From: Octopus bimaculoides
Taxonomy: Eukaryota
Length of the DNA: 63,286 bases
Direction: 5' to 3'
Assembly (NCBI RefSeq): GCF_001194135.2
Contig: NC_068998.1
Location: 759,061 to 822,346 of the forward strand
Below the pieces are notes generated by a model that ran no database searches, was not told where the DNA came from, and saw only the letters and a program-made list of their open reading frames with translations. Within the stretch, counting starts at the first letter, position 1, and every line of letters starts with the position of its first letter. Shown here in pieces: positions 28,267 to 41,160 of this stretch. Made by a program: the position numbers and the translations under genes.

Positions 28267-28832
28267 TTAGGTTGTCAAGAAAGTTCTTGCGGTTTTTAAC
28301 CTTTAAATTCAGATGCACATATCTCGGCTCAAACAAAACTCTATTAATCGAAATAAACACCATCAGAATGAACACACTTTTGCCAACGCGAAACAAGTTT
28401 ATTTATGCTAGTAGCGTAAAAATCCTCCGTTCTGGTTGCGATGAAGTCGTTGAAGGCGTGTTTGGCATCGTCTTGGTTTTTGGAGCATTTCTCCCGCAGG
28501 AAGTTGTCGAGGTGCTTGAAAAAGTGGTAGTCAGTAGGCGAGAGGTCTGGTGAGTATGGTGGATGAGGCAGAGTTTCGTAGCCTAATTCGTTCAACTTCT
28601 GCAGGGTCAGTTATGCGACGTGCGACCGAGCATTGTCGTGGAGAAGAATTGGTCCTTTTCTATTGACACTGCTGGCTGCTTTTGTCGGAGTTTCTTATGC
28701 ATTTCATTCATTTGCTGCCAGTACTTCTCCGCCGTAATGCTTTCGCCTGGATCCAAAAAGCTGTGATGGATGAGACCGGCCGCAGACCACCAAACAGTCA
28801 CCATGACCTTCTTTTGGTGCAACTTTGGCTTT
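28267..28832 (-). mobile_element. 5'-truncated, inactivated mariner transposon, Hsmar1-like (cecropia subfamily)
   Basis: KPKLHQKKVMVTVWWSAAGLIH...LLHDNAR...HPPYSPDLSPTDYHFFKHLDNFL...RWQKCV..GVYFD*. Frameshift near 28670 and in-frame TAA at 28611-28613. Terminal repeat TTAGGTTGTCAAGAAAGTTCTTGCGGTTTT at 28267, preceded by TA. Confidence 0.92.
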
Positions 28833-29034
28833 ATTCTACATCCCTCAGGGTTCTGAGTTCAAATCGTATCGCGGTGGGCATTGTTCTATTTTTTTTTAAT
28901 TGTCCACGGTTGATCAAAATACAACAGAATGGATCTAGTCTCGAGAAGTCTCCTACCATTATTGGAATTTGTAAGCATACTATAAAAATAATTAGGGCGT
29001 CTGAAACATTGCTTTGTGATATTTTTTCCGGTTC

Positions 29035-29190
29035 CTTACGTTCTGAGTTCACATTCCGCCAAGGTCAGAGTTGTCTTTCACCTTCCAGGGTCTATAAGAT
29101 AAAATACCAGTCAAGTACTAGTTCAGCGGTATCGTCTAACCCCTCCCCTCAGAGCTGCTGACCTTGTGCTAAATCAGAAAGCATTATTAG
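29035..29190 (+). mobile_element. Partial diverged SINE (same family)
   Basis: TTACGTTCTGAGTTCACATTCCGCC...ACCTTGTGCT. Confidence 0.6.
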
Positions 29191-29695
29191 CATAAGAAAT
29201 GATTATTACGATAAGGATTCCGTTATAAATGCAACGAGATACCTGAAACAGTTACAAGAATACAAGAAAACTAGTTGTGTGAGATGCCGAAGAGTTCCAG
29301 TTCCTTTGTCTTCTCCATACCAAAATATACCTAATGAAATACCGAAATGGTTCAGAAATAGTCTAGAGAAGAACTAGACACAACAACTACCAGGTGGTGT
29401 CAAAGATCGGAATAATGTCTAAATCTATGAGATTGTTCCAATTGTCAGTATATTAACGAATCGACTAGGTCACCCTAATTCCCAGAATTATGATAAAGTC
29501 TGACTCTTATGCTAACAACGCAACCGATTTCAAAGGAATTTCAAATAGAAAATAACGGCAACTTGTTCAGTAGACATATACGTTGAACTATGAACTTGAA
29601 TAGCCTTATATATATNNNNNNNNNNNNNNNNNNNNNNNNNNNNNNNNNNNNNNNNNNNNNNNNNNNNNNNNNNNNNNNNNNNNNNNNNNNNNNNN

Positions 29696-29760
<65 letters not shown>

Positions 29761-30999
29761 GGAATAATGTACAGATGGTATCAAATAAGTAGCCGGTAAA
29801 TTGTAACAGTACAAGACTGTTATGACCGAATATGTCGCAATAACACGATACCAGCCCACCCCTACACACACAGACCTCCTACGTGAAAAGATTAAAATGT
29901 CACAACTCGGCATCAAATGAATGAGATTTGGTGAAATGGTAAGTTGAAAGAAGCTGATGCATGGAACTGGTTAGAGTGATTATCTCCATTAACTATAAGC
30001 ACCCCCCACCCAGGAGGAAGTGATGCAGAATTAAATCATCTGGCATGATTGACTTATCCTGCTTTATCAAACTGAGTTGATTATCGTCTGCTCATCGAGC
30101 GGCTAACCAATAGATTTCATAATCAGCTCACCTCATCGATTGTTCGAAGTATGTTAAAATCAGTTTAACTCTGGTACCAAAATATTATCATTACAATTCA
30201 GGAAGAAGCTGATGCAATAAATGACGTGCGTGAAATATTCTCGATGTCTTGATATTTACGTCTTTCTTGGAGAAAGAGAACAGAAGTTTTTGTAGCATTT
30301 GTTTACGACCTTCAAATAAAATAGGTGAAATTATGTCAGAACTGATCTCACTATAGAATGACATGTTTCGATTTTGTTAGACTTCGACGGAGGAAAATAA
30401 TATTTTCAAGTGAGTTCAACCTGCGGACAGAGGGTTTTAGAAGTAACAATAAGTGGTACGAATAATTAACGGCCAGGACAATTTTAATAATTGCTGCTAA
30501 AGGAAGTAACATTTGGTGACACGTTCACCCCCCACCCCCCTACACGGGACATTCACTTAGCAGACATTGTTAGAGAGATTTTTACAAGTAGAATCACGAA
30601 ATACTAGAATGATTAAGAGACAAAAGTGGTGGGTAGCGGCAGTGGCGGTGGTGTTACTGTTGTGTTAGTGGTGATGCTTATGGTGTTGGTGTTAGTGGTG
30701 GTGGTTGTATTAGTAGTGGTATTGTGACAGTAGTGGTGTTAGTAATGGTGGCGATGTTGCTTGTAGTGATGTCATTGTTTTTCTTTAAGCAATTAACATT
30801 GATAGCTAAACAAAGTAATTATAATAATCAGACAAGAAACACTTCTCTAGATTCTGCCTCATTCAAAATAGTTGTAGGCTCAAGACTTTTGCAAGAATTA
30901 ATTTTGAGTTTTGTAAGTTTATTTAATTGGTGACCCTTTCTATAACAAGTTACAATGAATCTTTCTATAGAATTAAATTTAGTTCTGATAGTGTCTAAA

Positions 31000-31260
31000 A
31001 AATAATCCAATCAGATTGCTTCAATTCTCTCAAGAACCCAAACGAATATCGTTTGACCCAAAATAATTCATCAAAGAAAAGCGAAACTTTTCTGGCGTGT
31101 ATAATACCATCGATATCCAAATCAGTGACAGGAGTCAATCTATGGCCGCAATCCAGTGGTTTCACTAAGAGAGATTCAATGATGGCGAGGCTCAATTCCA
31201 TAATGTCGAACTGGGAATTTACAGTTATTTTGGTCATGTATGTTATGGAACCCATCAATC
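31000..31260 (-). mobile_element. Penelope-like element reverse transcriptase remnant
   Basis: QFDIMELSLAIIESLLVKPLD...DLDIDGIIHARKVSLFFDELFWVKR matches the PLE RT pattern QFDI.EFYPSI.E.LL.KAL...I.HARKSLLF....W.K. Confidence 0.7.
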
Positions 31261-31537
31261 ACTGAAGTTCTATTTATTCCTAAGACAAAGGTTAATGGCT
31301 CGCTTAATGGTATTGTTGACTGAATCTAATGTAGACTTGTAACTAATTCGCTGTCGGTGAGAGTAATGAATTGCTATTTAGGGTCAGCTAAGAAGTTGGG
31401 GTTATCATCTTTTAAAGTAATCTAAGGGAGGCCGACAGCCAAACATTCTATTTTATCATCAACTGAGGTTGTTTTGCTTCATTATTTATTAAATACTGTG
31501 TGTGTGTGTGTGTATGTATGTGTGTGTATGTGTGTGT

Positions 31538-31573
<36 letters not shown>

Positions 31574-31624
31574 TGTTACTGACATCAAAACTAACACAGT
31601 TCTATATTTAAGAGATGAGGAATT

Positions 31625-31890
31625 ATGTACATTATTTACATTATTTACATTATTTACATTCGACGGATATTTGCCCTCATCTTGTTTGTTGTTAACACAA
31701 CGTTTCGGCTGATATACCCTCCAGCCTTCATCAGGTGTCTTGGGGAAATTTCGAACCTGGGTTCTCATTCCTAAGGTATTTTTCGATGTTATTATTATTA
31801 TTAGTATTATTATTATCGTTATTATTATTATTATTATTATTATTCAGGTCACTGCCTGGAATCGAACTCGGAATCTTGGAGTTAGTAAAT
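31625..31890 (-). mobile_element. Penelope-type pseudo-LTR / non-autonomous repeat carrying a minimal hammerhead
   Basis: CCTGATGAAGGCTG...CAGCCGAAACGTTG on the minus strand, (ACATTATTT)3 and (TAT)n tracts; lies 5' of a same-strand PLE RT remnant. Confidence 0.6.
31694..31739 (-). ncRNA. Minimal type I hammerhead ribozyme fold
   Basis: GACAC-CUGAUGA-A-GGCUG[GAGGGUAUAU]CAGCC-GAA-ACGU-U-GUGUU: intact core, 5-bp stem II, 5-bp stem I, palindromic loop-less stem III. Confidence 0.7.
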
Positions 31891-32109
31891 GACAAATACA
31901 TGTCAAATGTAAATAATGTAAAAAATGATCAAAGAAAAATATTCTAAAAATCTAACAACATTACTGTATAACTGAATAGAGCGTACCAAAGTTGTGGATA
32001 TTCAGGAACTGCGAAGAATAAAGACAGTTCTGGTAACGTCGGTGCTTTACATTATTTATCAACACAGAACTCAAGAAATACAGAAGCATACTTCGTTTAT
32101 CAGAATCTC

Positions 32110-32250
32110 TCATTATTGAGAAAAAAATTAAGCAAATGGAAAGGAGACTCGAAACGAAGGTCTTGGTCAGTGAAGAGAGTAGACGTGATACAAATAGTAA
32201 TTGGTACGCTTGGAAGTATCAGCAGTCAACTACCAACATGGCTGAATCCC
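32110..32250 (+). mobile_element. Decayed R4/Dong-like LINE C-terminal fragment
   Basis: WSVKRVDVIQIVIGTLGSISSQLPTWL resembles the LW...V.VIPIVIGALG motif of RLE-type LINEs. Confidence 0.55.
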
Positions 32251-32525
32251 CAAAGGTAGTCTGTTAAGTATCTAACAGAAGAGAGAGAGAGAGAGAGAGA
32301 GAGAGGGGTGGGTGGGACAGAATTATATCTGTGAGTTATTTTCCAATAAAACATCAAAATAATTCGGTAAATTATTTTAAAAACTTAAAGATCAAGTGAA
32401 AACTGTTAAGTCTCCAACTTGAATTCTGATATCATTTTGCAGTTTTTGATGTTGTGAGGTATTATTAAAAAAGTAATTGAAGTGAAATTAAACCAGTGCG
32501 TGTCTTCATTATTCTTGGCATACTG

Positions 32526-32745
32526 AAGGCGGCAAATTGGTAGAATCGTTAGAACGCTGGACAAAATGCTTAGAGATATTTCGTCCTTCTTTACGTTCTA
32601 AGTTCAAATTCCACCGAGATCAACTTTGCCTTTCCTCTTTTCGAGGACGATAAAAACGGTTCCAGTCCCTCATTTGGGACTATGTAATCGACTAGCACCC
32701 TTCTCAAAAACGTCTGGCTTCGTGCCTATAGTGGAGAGAATTATT
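32526..32745 (+). mobile_element. Diverged full-length SINE (same family)
   Basis: AAGGCGGCAAATTGGTAGAATCGTTAG...AGTTCAAATTCCACCGAG...CGTGCCTATAGTGG. Confidence 0.8.
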
Positions 32746-33166
32746 GGTAGAATGGCTATCCCGAGATGCCACAAAATCTACTTCAACACATGAGTTCACG
32801 TTAGGAATCTGGTCAAGCAAATACAAAATGAAACATTAATGGTTCCTTCTGAACGAAACAGGAACCATAGACCGGTGGGTGGGGCGAACACTATGTAATT
32901 GCAGTAAAATTGTCAATGACCTCAATGGCTAAAAATAAGCACATTATATACAAGAGTTATGAAACTAATAACAACTGCAACAACAACAACAACAACAACA
33001 ACAACACCAAATGGTAGCACCAAGCGCAGAAAATCGATAGTTCACTACTCACCATTGCAGAAATAGGTGTCCCGCGGTTTGTTACGATAATTTTTCCATA
33101 AAGGTGGATAATTCATCCCAGATGCAAAGATTCTATTCCCTTTGCTTAGACGTGAAACGTGGATGA

Positions 33167-33220
<54 letters not shown>

Positions 33221-33805
33221 TGGTAAGTTGTAAACATATTGATTTGGAATATCGAACAAACTTTAAACTTACATATTTCTCTTACATCTAATTTATTTTC
33301 GGATTTGGTTTGCAAAACAGCACCCCTACAGAAATTGTTGTTGTTGTTGTTATTATTATTATTATTATTATTATTGTTATTATTATTATTGACTTGAGAA
33401 GTGTGTAATGCGTTTACTTTCTTGAAACAAGAATTTGGTTCATCATAAAGAACATGCATAGAAATGTTCGAAATTGCCAAGCATACTCAACATGAACAGC
33501 AATGGTCAATGAAAAAATATTATAATTATTGTTGTTGTTGTTATCATCTTACGTAGTTGCCTTTCCATATTATGTTACGAGTGAAGCTAGTTTAATTTTC
33601 TACGATAAATATTTTAAAATGCAAAACGATTATCAAATTAATTGATACTTGAAAAGTTGAACAAATCATAATTATTAGCTTTAATTACATTTAATTAAAA
33701 CATTAATTACAACGTAAGAAAACAAAACGAATTAAACTTACCTTTTCGTCCGAGATGTGGAGAAAAAAAAAGGGCGCCATTTTTAAGCTGTTGTGGTCAT
33801 TGCCG

Positions 33806-34096
33806 CTGCTCCTCATTGCTGTTGTTGTTGTTGTTGTTGTTGCTGCTGCTGTTGTTGTTGTTGCTGCTGCTGTTGTTGTTGTTATTGTTGTTGTTGTTGC
33901 TGCTGCTGCTGCTGTTGTTTCTGGTGTTGTTGTTGCTGCTGCTGCTGCTGCTGCTGTTACTGTTGTTGTTGTTGTTGTTACTGCTGCTGTCGTTCTTACC
34001 ACAGCTAATGTTGTTGCTATTGTTATTATTGTTGCTTATTGTTGTTGTTGTTTCTGTTGTTATTGTTGTTGCTGCTGCTGCTTTTGCTGCTGCTGT

Positions 34097-34138
<42 letters not shown>

Positions 34139-34142
34139 TGTT
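33806..34142. repeat. Mosaic (GTT/GCT)n trinucleotide tract, (CAA/CAG)n on minus strand
   Basis: Directly visible; source of the poly-C/L/V/T/A ORFs. Confidence 0.95.
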
Positions 34143-35952
34143 GGCTAGCCCGTGGTCAGCTTTGATCCAGCAGGCCTTGACAGTCGCCATCCTACTCATC
34201 GTTCCCTACACATACGCCATTGACGCCGCTGTGCACACTGTCCACTCCGCCATCTTATAAGATACGAGATGTAAACAATATGGAAGTGCAAACAGATCTA
34301 ATTCTTTGGTTGGAATAATTCGAAAGGTAGAAAATGGATTCAAGATGATTGCAATTAATCTATTTGGTAAAATTCATTATTGATCACCCATCGGCAACTT
34401 GAAAAACAAGGTTTCAAATCTTTGGTAAATATCTGGTAAATATTCCATGGGGTTTTAAGATTGTAGAGTTCCGTGTTCGGATGGTAAGGATGGCAGGGAT
34501 TGAACTATTTAATATTGGTTTCTTTTGACGAGACACAGGCATTTCTGATTTTATTTTAACTGAAATATGTTGTTGTGATGTTTGTGCCTCATCCAGCTGC
34601 ATTACTGACGTAAGGGAAACATCACAACCTGGTTTTGGTATTGGTTGGCACCATGGCCCTTATTGCACTAATAACTGTTGTTCCTTTTTAACCAGAAAAG
34701 CTGCGATCGTGATGCGGTGATTTGTATGACTTTCCCCAGTGTATTAGTAGCGTAATTGAAGTGACACTCGCTCAAGTTACGATTGAAACCGTGTCTCGGT
34801 TTCCGCTTGATTTACGCTGTCAACTATTATTATCAATATTATAGTTGTTGTCTAATGCGAGGTCAATCATTATACAGAAGATCGATGATTAAAGGCGTTC
34901 CGGCTATAACCATTCACTCTTTTATTCAGACATGGTGTATTTAGAACTACGTTGTCCGTAATCTCATTTGTCGGTGAAATTCGAGAAAAAGAAAAATTCA
35001 ATATGGAATTTGTTGAATATATCAATGTAATCTCCCAAAGGAACCAAACGGGGGCAATACTCTAAGTGGTAGATCCACTTGCTAGAAATATCAGCCAAGT
35101 CATCTTAAAAGCGCTCTCTAATACCTTTAAAACAATAAAAGGATTCATAGCATAATATAGTCCTTGATAATGTATCCGAGTAAAGGGAGAAATGGTCATA
35201 GCTGGAACGCCTTTGGCAATTGCCGTCTGTTTGATTGGGTTGTACTAGGGTTAACAACAACACCACCAACAACAACAACTATTACTACAGCAACAAACAA
35301 TCTCCCACTCTGTCAAGCGAGTCGTTTCACACTCAACTCTCTGCCACCCAGCCACTCTCACCCTCACACTCTATTAATCAATCACGCTCACACTTAGCAC
35401 TCTCCCCCAATTATTAAAATCTTAATTATATTTGTAAGTGAAGCAAAACCCACACAGTCGAGATCGAATCTGGATCGCTATGTTTGACTCAAGCAGTTTC
35501 TTGCCCCTTAAATTCTTTGTTCACCGTGGGACCCAATCATTAGTCTGTAAATAACTTCCAGTCCGTTTCGCCCATCAATCCCGCGGTGTCATAAAAATTC
35601 CATGGCTCCTACCATTACTTGTGCGACTAAATTAAAAACCAAAACCAAAGCCAGAACTAAACCAGTTCCTTAGATATTTTGGTAAGTTACTTTTAACGAG
35701 AGAAAGCCCAGTCCAAGAGATGGAAGTCTTAATGAAAACGTAATTACTGGATACTAATATTTTGAATATATCTTTTGATTAGAAATCAAATATATTTAAT
35801 AATTACGATATATTTATAAAGGAAATATAGTTTAGAGAAATTGTCAGTTCATTCCAGATAATTCGAATTATTTTCTAAAGAAAATTGATTTCTTTAATTT
35901 TTCTTCCTTTCACATAATAATCATTTATTGAGTTGCTTAGCAATTATACATT

Positions 35953-36002
<50 letters not shown>

Positions 36003-36549
36003 CATATATATATATATATATNNNNNNNNNNNNNNNNNNNNNNNNNNNNNNNNNNNNNNNNNNNNNNNNNNNNNNNNNNNNNNNNNNNNNNNNNNNNNNN
36101 NNNNNNNNNNNNNNNNNNNNNNNNNNNNNNNNNNNNNNNNNNNNNNNNNNNNNNNNNNNNNNNNNNNNNNNNNNNNNNNNNNNNNNNNNNNNNNNNNNNN
36201 NNNNNNNNNNNNNNNNNNNNNNNNNNNNNNNNNNNNNNNNNNNNNNNNNNNNNNNNNNNNNNNNNNNNNNNNNNNNNNNNNNNNNNNNNNNNNNNNNNNN
36301 NNNNNNNNNNNNNNNNNNNNNNNNNNNNNNNNNNNNNNNNNNNNNNNNNNNNNNNNNNNNNNNNNNNNNNNNNNNNNNNNNNNNNNNNNNNNNNNNNNNN
36401 NNNNNNNNNNNNNNNNNNNNNNNNNNNNNNNNNNNNNNNNNNNNNNNNNNNNNNNNNNNNNNNNNNNNNNNNNNNNNNNNNNNNNNNNNNNNNNNNNNNN
36501 NNNNNNNNNNNNNNNNNNNNNNNNNNNNNNNNNNNNNNNNNNNNNNNNN

Positions 36550-36586
<37 letters not shown>

Positions 36587-37219
36587 TATATATATACACA
36601 AATATATATATATATATGTGTGTGTGTATGTGTGTGTGTTATATATGTATGCATGTGTGTGTTTTACACATAATTATGTACTTTAGTATATCGTACTACT
36701 GAAATGTTGTTTAAGGGTAATGAATAGTTTCAATGTTGTGTTTGGATGTTTCATCTTTACTGTACAAGAAAACACCATAGACCGCACGCACACATCCATG
36801 CACACACACGCACACACACATACAAATGTATGCGTATGCGCGCGAGTGTATGTGTATGTGTATGTGCGTATCGATATCTTTTGAGCACATACAAAGCCAA
36901 ATTTCTTACATGAGTAGATATCTATTCAGAATCAATGTAATCGATCTCGCTGTATTGATGCTTCTTAATTTCATTAAACCAGATGAGATGAAAGGCAGAC
37001 AAAGCTGTTCTGGCTAGGATTTGAACTCCAAATATTAAAGAACTAATCTAGGTTTATTGATGCACCCAGTGCAGTGTTTTATTATCTAGGCACTCTCCCT
37101 CTCTAGTCTATTTATTATCTAGACTCTCGCTTCTCGAAACTTCGAGAAATATTGATTTTTAGCAGTCTTGACAGAAAACTTTCGTCGTTTAAGAGATGTA
37201 TGGAGAAGAGAGTACACAT

Positions 37220-37266
<47 letters not shown>

Positions 37267-37919
37267 TCTTTACTCTTTTACTCTTTTACTCGTTTCAGTC
37301 TTTTGACTNNNNNNNNNNNNNNNNNNNNNNNNNNNNNNNNNNNNNNNNNNNNNNNNNNNNNNNNNNNNNNNNNNNNNNNNNNNNNNNNNNNNNNNNNNNN
37401 NNNNNNNNNNNNNNNNNNNNNNNNNNNNNNNNNNNNNNNNNNNNNNNNNNNNNNNNNNNNNNNNNNNNNNNNNNNNNNNNNNNNNNNNNNNNNNNNNNNN
37501 NNNNNNNNNNNNNNNNNNNNNNNNNNNNNNNNNNNNNNNNNNNNNNNNNNNNNNNNNNNNNNNNNNNNNNNNNNNNNNNNNNNNNNNNNNNNNNNNNNNN
37601 NNNNNNNNNNNNNNNNNNNNNNNNNNNNNNNNNNNNNNNNNNNNNNNNNNNNNNNNNNNNNNNNNNNNNNNNNNNNNNNNNNNNNNNNNNNNNNNNNNNN
37701 NNNNNNNNNNNNNNNNNNNNNNNNNNNNNNNNNNNNNNNNNNNNNNNNNNNNNNNNNNNNNNNNNNNNNNNNNNNNNNNNNNNNNNNNNNNNNNNNNNNN
37801 NNNNNNNNNNNNNNNNNNNNNNNNNNNNNNNNNNNNNNNNNNNNNNNNNNNNNNNNNNNNNNNNNNNNNNNNNNNNNNNNNNNNNNNNNNNNNNNNNNNA
37901 TATATATACATATTAAAAA

Positions 37920-38620
37920 TTAAATTCATCCTACTCAGAATCGAAACCGTATCAAAAAATAGCTTCGACAAACGATTATTTGTTTCAATGATCATTCCTA
38001 TTAACTCAACAATAATTTTTTGCCGGAAAGATTCTTCTACTTCTGTCTGCCACAAGCTTTATAACTGCAGTAAGAGATGAGGTGGGAATGCACAGGAGAT
38101 TTCTATTGATGCAAACTGTTCGTCGTTGAGCATCCAGGAAGTCGACCTTTGTCAAACTGATGCTAACGCTTCTGGATCGGCTGAATTCTCTGGTGATCTT
38201 TTCTGAACATATTACATGACGTGGTCGTTCATATGGCTTGAGATTGCTAGATCATCATCCCTCTGTAGGACCTAGTTGTGGTGTGTGTATATATATACTG
38301 CCTAAGACTATCTAGGATAAATTATCAGATGAGGTCAACGATCTCAGCATCGTTGTAACTTCTCATAGATACACCGAGCATCGGATCGCCTTCCTTTTGT
38401 ACCCAATAAAATCACCAGGAACCAAGATTCACTTTCTAGAGTTCATGCTAATTCTGATATCGACGGCACCGATATTGGTAAATCACCTACCAAAGTCTAA
38501 GGTCTTCAGGAGGAGGCATTTCGATACTGAAGGGTAGAATTGGTTGAACTTGCAAGCTTATTTCTTCTCGATGCCGCAGAACCAGTCAATGACTGCAGCG
38601 TTGCAATCGCAGTGGTGTCA
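37920..38620 (-). mobile_element. Penelope-like element reverse transcriptase remnant (multiple stops/frameshifts)
   Basis: FYPSVSKCLLLKTLDF, WVQKEGDP, SMRSYNDAEIVDLI, a GLYRDD-like segment, LTKVDFLDA and NNRLSKL, in the expected order. Confidence 0.7.
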
Positions 38621-38813
38621 GCTGCCAAATAAAGAGAAGAACTGGTGTCGCTTCTCCACCATTAACACCACGTGACGTGAGTTATCCAGCAGAGGACTAA
38701 TAACAAGAAGCCATCTTGCATTGATCTGAAATCCATTACACTTTTCTCAATTGAGATGTATCCGTCCTCTGCGCCCACGAAACCGTAATACTTCGTGGAG
38801 CTGAGTGAAAATT

Positions 38814-38861
<48 letters not shown>

Positions 38862-39145
38862 TGCGTGCGTGTGTGCGTGCGTGCGTGCATGTATGTATGT
38901 ATTATGTATGTCATGATTGAGTTTTATTTAAGGCTCCTTCATTGGAATTTTGACAACATCAACACGGTATTTTTGTATGCATGTATGTATGTATGAATGT
39001 ATGTATGTATGTATGTATGTATTTGTTTATCAACATCGTAAGTTACACCTTTCTTCCCAAATCGAAGTTAAAAGCAATTTCGATACGCTAGCTGTTTCCA
39101 TACAATTCATGGCTTAGCAATTAACGCTGCTAAAAATGCAAATAA

Positions 39146-39388
39146 ATATCCAAAAATATAAGGAGTGGAACACGTAGAATATTCTTCTCTACTCTAGGCA
39201 CAAGACCTGAAATTTTGGGGGAGAGGCCAGTCGATTAGATCGACCCCAGTTCGCAACTGGTACTTAATTTATCGACCCCCAAAAGGATGAAAGGCAAAGT
39301 CGACCTCGGCAGAATTTGAAGTCAGAACGTAGAACACGTAGAATATTTGCAATATTCTACTTGTTCCACTCCTTATATTTTTGGATAT
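39146..39388. repeat. 38-bp inverted repeat (39146-39183 / 39351-39388) interrupted by a SINE
   Basis: ATATCCAAAAATATAAGGAGTGGAACACGTAGAATATT vs its reverse complement, 1 mismatch. Confidence 0.85.
39184..39331 (-). mobile_element. 5'-truncated SINE with 16-bp TSD inserted into a hairpin
   Basis: Same SINE family; GAACACGTAGAATATT repeated at 39168-39183 and 39332-39347. Confidence 0.85.
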
Positions 39389-39794
39389 ATATGTGGTTGT
39401 GTTTTATTTTCGGCATTTACTCTCGTTTTTCTGTTACAAAATTCATTCTACGTTCGTAATTAGTAACATTGAAGGAGGGAGAGAGAGGAGAGAAGACCGA
39501 AAATAAGTGAGAAAGAGATAGAGTGATGGAGAAAGACTGGTGAGATATGAAAGTTCCCTAAAATAATAAATAGCAATATGAAACTTGAGATGAGCTTCAA
39601 ATAATTTATTTCACCTTTAAAAATAGGTTTTTACTCCACATTATACATGCTTGTAATGTTTCATTTCTTTCCGGTTCTTAGTCGCTTCCATTCGGGTCAA
39701 AATAACCATTTGTTACCAGCATCTTCATACATAGTCTTTAAGTTCTTCAGAAATGCATTGATTCTTATTGTTGTGTTGCAAGTTTAGGTGTATG

Positions 39795-39839
<45 letters not shown>

Positions 39840-40385
39840 ATGCGTATAGCTAGGTTTGATTTTAGCGCTCAAAAGTTTTTATTTTATTCTTTTCATTTAC
39901 AAGATTAATAACGTTTTATATAAAAATCTAACTTTTACTTTATATAAAAATAGATATCAAAACTTATTAAAAGTGTAGTATTCGAAATCTGAAATAGGTT
40001 TACAATATTTAAAATAATTCCATATTCTCGTGATTCCTCATATTCAGGAATCTGTGAGGAATCAACGTTTTTCCTTTAAGTATATTTCCTGTCCATTTTA
40101 ACAAATACGTTGAAGATTCCAAAGATTCATTAACTAATTAACAAAACATTAATTAAGATAATTAAATGCATTTCAACAAAATATATTAGCTTCCCGAGTT
40201 TTCTTTGTGTTGTATTTTCGTTTTGTTTTTTTTTTCTGTCATTGTCTTTTTACATATTTTGTTTTGATTCTCTGTGTGTAAATCAAGGAAGCTGCAATTT
40301 TGTGTTGGTATTTTTGCGAAAAATAAATTAAATAAGACACGCCAAAAAGGGAAATGGTAAGTGATGGTTGTGAGGGTCTGTGAGT

Positions 40386-40423
40386 CTAGGACTTTCCTCC
40401 AGACAGGACTCCGTTGATAAAAT
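40386..40423 (-). CDS. ELC-B terminal coding exon (38 nt)
   Basis: Acceptor ttctcctttcag in the correct phase gives (D)FINGVLSGGKS-TAG, aligning to ELC-A EFIKRVMSG; followed by UTR-like A-rich sequence. Confidence 0.8.
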
Positions 40424-41119
40424 CTGAAAGGAGAACATTGTGTATATTCTAACAAACGTCTCTTCAATAATAAACACAGTCCGATATATTATAATGCACA
40501 TTGTGCAATATGTATACCTACTGCAGTTACTAATGTCATTTTAGCAAAACATGCAGAGAAGAAGGAAGAAACAACAATTGATAAAAGTACAACATTTCTT
40601 GGTTTAAAAATACAGTTTCAGAGTCAGAGGTAGCAGTGTGTGTATATCGGTTTTGAATGTTGGCACAAGGCCAGCAATTTCGGGAAAGTGGGTAAGTCGA
40701 TTAAATCGACCCCAGTGTTCAACTGGTACTTATTTTATCGACCCCAGGAGGATGAAAGGCAAAGTCGACCTCAGCGGAATTTGAACTCAGAACGTAATGA
40801 CAGACGAAATGCTGCCAAGCACTTTGCCTGGCGTGTTAACGATTCTACCAGCTCGCCTCCTTCAGTGTATGTATATATATTATGCACTCATATACCTGTG
40901 TGTAGGCAGTAATATGTATATATGTACGTAATGATATGTATGGGTGTATACAGTAAAACGGATGTGCGTGTATACAGTGATATGTATTTGTAAGTCGCAG
41001 TAGGGTGTGGATGAAGGGCGTATTCTTTCTGTTGCAGGTAAAGGATTTTATGTTAATGTTTTAATTGTGTAAGGGCAGATATGGAGGGGGTGGGCTAGCG
41101 GGCAGACATACTCAAACTT

Positions 41120-41160
<41 letters not shown>

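Noticed and set aside
40354-40362. Plus-strand ATG|GTAAGT
   Set aside because: Lies antisense within the ELC-B 3' UTR with no supporting downstream exons.
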